A DNA stretch of 59,044 nucleotides, filler included, from Dugesia japonica (taxonomy: Eukaryota), in assembly GCA_001938525.1 (NCBI GenBank). It is 6 parts of 6 records of this genome, joined end to end, with 100 filler letters (N's around TTAATTAATTAA, not from the genome) between each part and the next. Parts side by side here need not be neighbours in the genome. Positions count along the whole stretch, not along the records: positions 49,493 to 59,044 come from MQRL01536192.1; 5 more parts are not named here. One strand, written 5' to 3'. The notes below the pieces were generated by a model. That model made no database searches and was not told where the DNA came from. It saw only the letters and a program-made list of their open reading frames with translations. A program made the position numbers and the translations under genes. Shown in pieces: positions 50,319-59,044 of this stretch (its first letter is position 1; every line of letters begins with the position of its first letter).

Positions 50319-50880
50319 TTCCAAATTTTCGATTTTATCTTCTTCAGGAATTGTGTTTGATTTATTCAATTTGAAGTTTAATAATAATTTTTCTAAAATT
50401 AAATCTTTGATCCTGATTTTTATTGATAATATTATTAAAAATTATATTAATATCTGGTTTAAATTTTTTGATTAAAATTTCTTCGTGTGTTTTTCTATGG
50501 AGTGCTGATATATAGTAGGAATCTATTATTTTTCATTTTATAATATTGTAGTCAGCATGAATATTATAATCGTGTATGAAATGCTTATATACTTCACTTT
50601 CATTCTGTTTGATATGCTCTTTGATTCTGGTGCTGATTTTTCTAAAGGTTTCGCCTATGTATGATTTGTTGCATATGGTACAAGTAATTTCATAAGTTAC
50701 ATTTATTACCTGTTATTGCATATGCAATTTTGGCCCACATGAGTTATTCGTCGGTTTTTTAGTTGAATTCCTAAGGGTGCTTGTTTTTTATATTATCCTA
50801 GGTAAATATGTAATCTTTGATTTGTAAATAATATTCTGCATTAATTGACTACATTTTTCATTGATATATGGTAGTTTANN
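50319..50880 (-). mobile_element. Penelope GIY-YIG relic with hammerhead at 50319-50352
   Basis: NVTYEITCTICNKSYIGETFRKISTRIKEHIKQNESEVYKHF; AATTC-CTGAAGA-AGATAAAATC-GAAA-ATTT-GGAA. Confidence 0.75.
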
Positions 50881-52359
50881 NNNNNNNNNNNNNNNNNNNN
50901 NNNNNNNNNNNNNNNNNNNNNNNNNNNNTATTTGTTTCTTTTCTATTTTTCTTTTTCTTATTATCATTCCATAGTATATTTTGTGTTAGATATTTTGATA
51001 AAACATTCTCTGGAAAACCTTTTCGGTGAAATTTACGAGCAAAATTTATGTGCAATTACATAACTTTTAATAGTATTTTGAAAGTTTTGGTGAACCTCCA
51101 AAATTAAGAAAATTTTAGATAAATTTTTTGGTAAAAATTTCTAGCTAATAATAATTTATTCGAAAAGTTTTTTTGTCCTCAAATTTAGTTATAAACTAAT
51201 CTACTCGATAGATAGATAGTTATAAATCGTCAAATCTCTTAGATAAAAAGTTATATAGAAAAAAACAGTATTTTATTTTTGAGTCTGGCCAGAGAAATAT
51301 AAAATAGTTTAGTAATTTACTCGATTCGATCTATTTTTGGATGGTTTTTAAATGAATTTGGTTAATAATTTACTCTTCATTGGTCTTTTCTCACTGTTCA
51401 CTAATCCGCAGTTATCACAGCTCTGCTACTATGTATTGGTTTTCAGTTCTCAATACTCTGCTCACTGTACACTGATCATTAGTTATGAATGGTTTTCTCA
51501 CTCTTCACTAGTGGTAAATATACTGTTTAGTTAGTATTTAATTATTTAACCTGTTCTAAAATTTTGTAATTTTGAAATTTTATTATATTTCGTGTATTTT
51601 TTAATAAATTGTTTTATTTTTATCGTAAAATTCTAATTAAAGTATTATTTATAATATGAGTTTTTATTAAGATTGATTTATTCATATAATTTCTAAACAT
51701 TTATTGAAAATAACCTATATAATTGATTGAATAAATTAAGTATGGTGAATTGATTAATTTTCAATGTGTAATTTAATTAAAACTATGCTTTGGTGGGTAA
51801 ATTATGTTTTGAATAAATTTTAAACGTAATTTTGAAAATAAATTAAAACTTTTTATGGATAAATTAAAATTATAATAGAAAAAATTTTTGGTGTTGAAAA
51901 TTTTGAAATAATTTTTAACTCTTTATTGAAAATATTGCAAATAATATTGATTGTATAAATTACGTATGATGGATTTAATAATTTTCAAATAATTATACGT
52001 ATTTTCTATGTTGAACTCTTATTTTCTAACAATATCTGAATATTGGCTATTAAGAAGAAAAAGCCTCATAAAACCAAAGAACAAGCAGCGTTGCCAATGA
52101 GCAAGCTGAGAACCAGGGAGCAAGCAAAGAAGCAGAAGGATGATCAGATGATTAAATTATACTGAAATCGTAATTAGATCTACAAGCTTGACTTTGCCGT
52201 TTGTATTTATTATAATTTAAGTTAGATACACTTTAATTAATGTAAATTATATTGTTATTTAAATAATATACACTTTAAGAGCTATCTATAATAATGTAAG
52301 AAATTNNNNNNNNNNNNNNNNNNNNNNNNNNNNNNNNNNNNNNNNNNNNNNNNNNAAAA

Positions 52360-52978
52360 TTAACATATGCGGGAAGCATTGCTTTTCTTATTTCATTTGA
52401 AGAAAAATATAAGTGATGCGCATACATTAATTATAGAGGTTTGTGGAAAACATGCTTTAGCCGAAAGAAATTTTCGGAACTGATTTAACCGCTTCATGTC
52501 CGGTATCTTTGAACTGAATAACAAGCCCCATGAACACCAACGATAAAAATTTGAAGACCATGAATTGCAAGTATTGTTAGAGAAAGATGATGCCCAAACT
52601 TAAATTCCGTTAGCAGCATCACTCAGTGTTAATCAACAAGCTATTTCAAAATGTTTGAGTGAGATGTGAAAGATTCCGAAGGACGAAAAGTGGGCGCATT
52701 ATGAATTGTAAGAAAGAAATAGACAACAGCGGATAACCACTTGCAACATTTTGATTGTGCCCCCCACCATTCTCCAGACATTGCTTCATCAGATTACTAC
52801 TTGCTCCTCTGAATGGCACATCATCTGTCAGAGTACAGTTTCAAAAATTATGAAGATGTCAAAATATGGCTGAACGAGTTGATTTGCATCAAATAAAATT
52901 TTTTTTTATGACCGTATTCATAAAATGCCCAAACTTTGGGAGGATGTTGTTAAAAATGATGGAAATTATTCCCAATAA
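52360..52978 (+). mobile_element. Mos1-like mariner transposase pseudogene with internal deletion
   Basis: HMREALLFLFHLKK..KFEDHELQVLL..QQAISKCL..KWAHYEL joined to HSPDIASSDYYL..WEDVVKNDGNY. Confidence 0.85.
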
Positions 52979-53338
52979 AATTTTTTAATACAACTGCTTT
53001 GTCCTTTTTATATAGACTTTTAAAAAAAGAGGTAAAAACGGTAAATATATTATTTTATTTTATTTTATATTATTTTTAATAAAAAGCACGCCATATTTTC
53101 TCTTACTCTCTATCACTCAGTTTTAATGTATCATTTTATTCTCTTTAAAGATTAATAAAGTGAGGACTATGAAAATATGAAGGGGAAAATATACATTAAG
53201 ACACATTAGAAAATAGATAAAATATAGCTAAATGATGGAAAATAATAGCAAATATGGTAAAAATATGGAGAAATCATGAAAAATGATTTAGACTAATAAG
53301 GCATATTAAATGGCTGTATGTATAGATTAAATTTAATA

Positions 53339-54240
53339 TACAAGGACTGTCTGAAAATATTTTAGCTCGACCCATTTCCAAACATGTTTTTGAATTTTTG
53401 TCAACAGTTTATTAAAATTCATGATTTATTTAGTATTAATAAATCGATTATTATATTTTTATCACTTAATTTATTGTATTATTTTTTGTTTTAGTAAATG
53501 ACTTCGGATGAATTAAAAAATTATGAAAAAGTTGAATATCAAACTGTCATAAAATATATTTTTTTAAAGGACCTAAGCCAAAAAGATATTTATAAAGACA
53601 TGAGCAGAACATTAAAGAAAACATGCCCTACATATGCAACAGTGAAATGTTGGGTATCATCATTTGAGAGAGCCAAAACAATCATCCAAAATGAGCCAAG
53701 GTCAAGACGAACAATTTCTGCATCAACTCAGGAGAACATTGAAAAAAGTACACGAAATGATTCTTGAAAATTGTCGAATTTCAATCAATATTATTGTTGA
53801 CACCTGAAAGCTATGCAAAGAACGTGTTGGTAAAATCATTCACGAAGATTTGAATATGAATAAGCTTTCTGCAAAATGGATCCCTAAATGCCTGAACTCT
53901 GATCAGAAGTAAAGATGAGTGCATAGTTCAAATGTGATTCTTTCACATTTTGCAAGGGATAAAAGTAAATTTATTAACCAAATTCTAACCATCGATGAAA
54001 CATGGTTGCTTTTCTTTGATCCTAAAACCAATCAACAATCTATAGAGTGGAGACATTCCGGATCGCACCGACCCAAAATATTCCAAAGATAAAAGTCTGC
54101 AGGAAAAGTCTTAGCCAATGTTTTCTGGGAACTCAAAGGCATTGTGATGATAGACTTTTTAGAAAAAAGATCAACGATAAATTCTAAATATTATTCATCT
54201 TTATGGGCGAAAGTTAAAGAAAAATTAAAATAAAAATGAC
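53339..54240 (+). mobile_element. Himar1/irritans-like mariner, 3' truncated
   Basis: Left TIR TACAAGGACTGTCTGAAAA; EYQTVIKYIFLK..AKWIPKCL..TIDETW..QQSIEWRHSGS..SAGKVLANVFW. Confidence 0.85.
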
Positions 54241-54469
54241 CTGTATTATTTTTATTTTCGAAAATATTTTTTTAAAAAATTTTCTAAATTTTAGAGGTCC
54301 ATCCGCATTCCACAAAAAATTCATTTAAAAAATTTTAAAATTTTTATATTATTTAAACAACATGGGTAGTTTACCCGGATTCTTATAAAAAATTTTAAAT
54401 TATCTTTAAAAAATTTGAAAATTTTAACAAAAATTGACTTTTCACATAAATTTCCGTAAAATGTCAACC

Positions 54470-55060
54470 CAAACTGACAAGCCCGTGGAAATTAACACTC
54501 AAATTCATCTAAAACTGACCATTGTGAGTAAATAATTGACCATAACTAGACAAAAAACAACATGAAACCAACCACCGTGAGTAAATGATTGACTAAGTTT
54601 ATCCATGCCGATGAAATAATTGTCCAAATCATACAACAATCACTCCCACTGACCAATTCAGAGAAAATAATTGACCGAGTTCACTTAAAAATTACCCTTG
54701 TGAGCCCTTACCCTTGATAATAATTAACCAAGTTTGTCCATACTGAGTAAATAATGGACTAACATTGCCTAAAGCGACCAAATTTAACCAAATTCACCTA
54801 AAAACTACCCAAACTGATTAAAATTCGATCATTGTGAGCAAATAATTGATCATTCGGAGGAAATTCTTTACCATATATTTCAAAAATTACTCGAAACAGA
54901 CTAATGTGAGAAAATGCTGATCAAATCGCTCAAAAATTATCCAAAATTTCCGAAACATCACACAAATTGACCAATCTCGAGGAATAATTCAATCGAGTCG
55001 CCAAAAAATTACTCTAAAAAAGTAAAAAATTGACATTCGACCTCACCCAGGAAATTCTAG
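54470..55060. repeat. Degenerate minisatellite, roughly 40-bp units
   Basis: Recurrent (TTG)TGAGTAAATAATTGACC and CACCTAAAAACT motifs. Confidence 0.6.
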
Positions 55061-57029
55061 ATAAAAAGCACCTAAAACCATACAAGAATTGACCTCGTCA
55101 ATTAATTTCCCAACCAAAAAGCTTGAAAAAAAGTTTTGCCACCTAAAAATCCTAAAAAATAAAGCAGCCTGAAAACTTTTCCCAAGTAAAATGCCAAAAA
55201 TTTTAAAATAATTTGATAAAATTTTCAAAATACGATTATAAGTTATGTAATTGCACATAAATTTTCCTCGCCAGCTAAAAAAGCCTGAAAAATTTAACAC
55301 TAGTTAATCCTTTCAAAATCGAATTTCACCGATTAAATTAATTTAATGACATAATTTGTGCGCAAAATATTTTCCCAACTAAATACACAAGGAAAAATCA
55401 AATCAAATTACCTAATATGATGTAATTTTTATATTGCCACCTAAATATACTGGGATTGAGTTTCGTTACATCACTAATCCTAGAGGGTAACTGAATGTGT
55501 GTTTGGTAAAGACCACCAGAATCGCTCTACTATTAATATGTACATTATAATAATACTAAAATCTTGTCTGGTATGATTATTATTCATGTTGGGCATTATA
55601 TATTTCTAATTAATATTTAATTAATACTATTAATTGAACTTTTTAATTAACCTCTATTAATTTATATTTTAAAAACATTATTTTATTTGCATTTTTATTA
55701 CATGATTTCTATTTGCACTGCAATTTAATGTTTTTCATCTTTATATTATAAAATATTGCATATAATTAATATATTTAATTAATTAAAACTTATTATTATT
55801 CTTATATTAAAAAATTGTTTTTCCTTAGTATTTTTGTCAAAAATAAACTAAGAAAAAATCTTATTTTTATCATTGTCGTTTTCGATTGATGATTGCAGTG
55901 CTGAACTGACCCACCGAGATACCAGGACTATCCCGGTTAGGCCTACCAGCCCAATATCCTCGTGGGCCTACTGGCCCACAAATATAGTCAATTTTTTTAT
56001 TTTTTTTATTGAAATGAAATTAAATTTTTACAATTGTTGCTTCTTTCTATTTCTATTTAACGCAATGATTGATTAACGAGACAACAAAATAAACATGCAG
56101 ATGACGTGTGTAGAAACGTTGAATCGTAAAGGAGAAGTTCTGTCATTCATCGCAGCACCACATAATACATAAGTCTCACTCAAAAAACTCTCCATTGACC
56201 TTAAAGCTTGCGTAAGTATGTGTTTTCCTATTATATGGCAACGCTGATTACATGGCAGTTATGGTATCATAGCTCATTCAAGTTTCAACGGTTAAGTGGA
56301 GATTTATTGTAAATTGTTAACCCTTGAACACTTCTGAATTCTCAGACTAAGAAAAAGTATTTTATAATCTGATTAGGTGAAATTCAACTATTTTTAAGGT
56401 TTGTACATATTCGTTTTTTTTTACTTTTTACGGTGGACGGCCCTCAATTTATAGGCACCCTATACGCTCAAATATTTCACCGAGAAATATTAAAAAAAAA
56501 CTCGTTTAATTAATAATATTTCTTTAAATATTTTTAATTACTTAATTTTGATTTTTGTTGCAATTATTAAAAAAAACTCTTTTTTATTATTTTAATAAAT
56601 ATGTTTATAAATTACTAATGTACCTTTTTGAAATTTGTTTTCTTAAATTTAATATTGTGGGCCTACATCACCGAAATCTCCCGGGCCCTGAATGACTGTT
56701 TGTACTTTGGATGTTGATACGAAAAAAGACCCTTTGTTTGCTAATATCTCTAAATTAATTATATGTTGATTTTTAAGGGTATATAATGATTGAAGTTTTG
56801 TGGCAATTCTTTGGTAAGCTATTTTTGTCTTTTATTTTAATATTATTAATAATTTTATTTGTTTTATTATATTCCCATATTATTACACATCAAATTCATT
56901 AAGTATAGTAATAATTTCCTTAGAATATATTCATATTTCTACTAATTATACACAAATTTTAATAGGTTTACAGTTATATATTCTTATTCAATTTCTACTC
57001 AGCTATTTTAACTTCCATATTCAGTATGA

Positions 57030-58790
57030 CCTATTCAGATTTATACCAAGACCGGTTAAAATGACGTCTTTAGAAATTTCGATTTTTATAATAACATATG
57101 GATCATTTAACCAATGATGGACATCAATATGTATTCACATTCATCTGTACATCGGTTTCAGAAATTTCCCGAAAAAATCTGAAGTACATGAAAAGATTTG
57201 AAATACATGCAATTATTATCAGTTGCACTTTTATGGTGATAAAGTTCTTGATGAAAAGTGCAATTTGAGCAAAGTGTAAACTAGAAAAAAATTAAAATTT
57301 ATTTTTTGCAAATTCTAGGCAACAATGGCAACATTTTCAGGAAGCAAAAATTTATTCAAAGAATTCAAAAAGCTCACTAGTGTAAATGAAGACTGTTAAT
57401 TAATTCAAGTAATAATGATTTAGACATATCTTGTGTGGAAAGTAAAACTGATTTTTCAGACTCTGAAGAAGATAAAGATGAAATTGAAGTATGAAATATT
57501 TAACAAAGTGAAGAAAATGAATATGAAAGTAAAGATTCAAAGAGTGAAGATGAAATTCCACAAAAAGAGCCACACAAACAGAAAACGATTACGTGTATGT
57601 TCAGATACTGAATCGTATAGCCAAACAGAAGCCGTAAAAAAAGACAGCAGAAGAACATTGTTGTCGACAGGACTGAATTTGAAGTAATACAAAGTGGTTG
57701 TGTGGATAGATTGCCATCACATACTATATTGAAGGATACTTCGGGCTAAACTGATTATGCAGAGTGAAACATTATGCTTGGTAATGTTAGTAGTACATTT
57801 CAACTTATGATTGATAATTGAATGATAAGTCACATAAAAGTTTGCACTGAGCTATAGAACAGAAACATTTTACAAGATGACTAGAAAATACTATGAACGA
57901 ATAATATGCCTTTTTAACCAATTTTTATGCTCGAAGAGCTTACGAAGCAAGAAACATGAAGTTATCGTATTTGTGGTTCAATAAATAATGNNNNNNNNNN
58001 NNNNNNNNNNNNNNNNNNNNNNNNNNNNNNNNNNNNNNNNNNNNNNNNNNNNNNNNNNNNNNNNNNNNNNNNNNNNNNNNNNNNNNNNNNNNNNNNNNNN
58101 NNNNNNNNNNNNNNNNNNNNNNNNNNNNNNTTGATAACAATCAAGCTTGTTACAAAGCAGATCAGAATTTAAGCGTAAATGAACAACTGTTTCCCACAAA
58201 GGCAAGATGCAGATTTCTTCAGTAGCCGGTATTTTATAATAGTTTGGACTTTGCACCAATCAATGCGTAGATACTATATAGAGACCTGTGATAAAAATAT
58301 AAAAGAAAATAATTTTTGTTTAAATTGTGAATACAATTGATTCAGAAAAGAAAACTCTTTCAAACAACAAGAACCAAAAGCAATGGATTGTACTCCAAGA
58401 AAACTCAAAATAAAGTCCTTGTAAATGTAAATGTTGCCAAATTCTATTGTGCGACAAAATCAGAGCAATTTAAACCCATAATGAATGCAACAAATGTTTG
58501 TGACAAGTACTTATCTAAGGTAACATGTACATGAAAAATATGTGACTCGTAGTTATTTCACACATATAAAATGTACTATACTTTATATGCAAATAGAAAC
58601 TGTTTTTGTTTGTTTTTTATTAATATTTAATGAATTCATATATTAAATGTTATTTTTGTTAAATAATATTCTTTTATTTACATAAACGAAGTCAAAGGTC
58701 ACATTGGAAGCCATGATCAAAATTCCGTCAATTTGACCGTTGTGATAAAACTATGTATATATTTAACATCGCTAGTTCTAATGTTAATGT
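57030..58790 (+). mobile_element. Decayed piggyBac (PGBD4-like) element
   Basis: Acidic N-terminus, TFQLMIDN*MISHIKVCTE, YKADQNLSVNEQLFPTKARCRFL, Cys-rich tail; inverted subterminal CGGTTAAAATGACG / CGTCAATTTGACCG; right end ..CTAATGTTAA. Confidence 0.75.
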
Positions 58791-59044
58791 AAACAAGGAT
58801 TTTTGACACCTTATTATTTTTTATTGACATGTGAATTTTCACACCTAAAAATAAATATAAATAATATATATTGTTTTTATCCTGTTATTAGCATGTGAAT
58901 TTACACACTTTAAATATAAGAAAAAACGAAAAAACACCACATTTTCATTATCAACAGTTATACTAAGTCACAATTCGATCAATAAGATACGTTGATCCTA
59001 ATATTTATTTTCTGAATACATCTTCCTCTGTAATCTGATCAACG

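Noticed and set aside
3250-56700. Isolated hAT-like ends (3250/4036, 3520-3770, 20013, 22138-22778, 55896-56700)
   Set aside because: Probably MITE relics, but paired TIRs and TSDs could not be confirmed by eye.
2733-58259. Numerous X-rich ORFs in the track
   Set aside because: Open only because they run through N gaps.

Overview
Very AT-rich, repeat-dominated eukaryotic DNA, probably from an invertebrate (inferred from the TE mix; the species cannot be determined). The window is a concatenation of about six scaffolds joined by artificial N44-TTAATTAATTAA-N44 linkers (9514-9613, 19236-19335, 28436-28535, 40419-40518, 49393-49492), so nothing should be read across those joins. Scaffold 9614-19235 is an internal piece of a relatively well-preserved Polinton/Maverick (adintovirus-like) element. 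It encodes an rve integrase, A32/FtsK-like packaging ATPase, adenain-type protease, protein-primed PolB with zinc fingers and an endonuclease VII domain, a membrane protein, and an unusual tandem array of unrecognised beta-rich domains; no capsid gene is visible in the segment. This element is studded with short GC-rich stem-loops, mostly with GNA triloops, and with a 20-bp palindromic cassette. Most sit in frame inside its genes, which is the most unusual signal in the window. Two or three more decayed Polintons (29043-34399, 36915-40418), many TE relics (mariner, IS630/Tc1, hAT, piggyBac, MULE, pogo/Tigger, Gypsy, Penelope with minimal hammerhead ribozymes) and one probable host terminal exon (carboxylesterase/neuroligin-like, 36143-36669) make up the rest.
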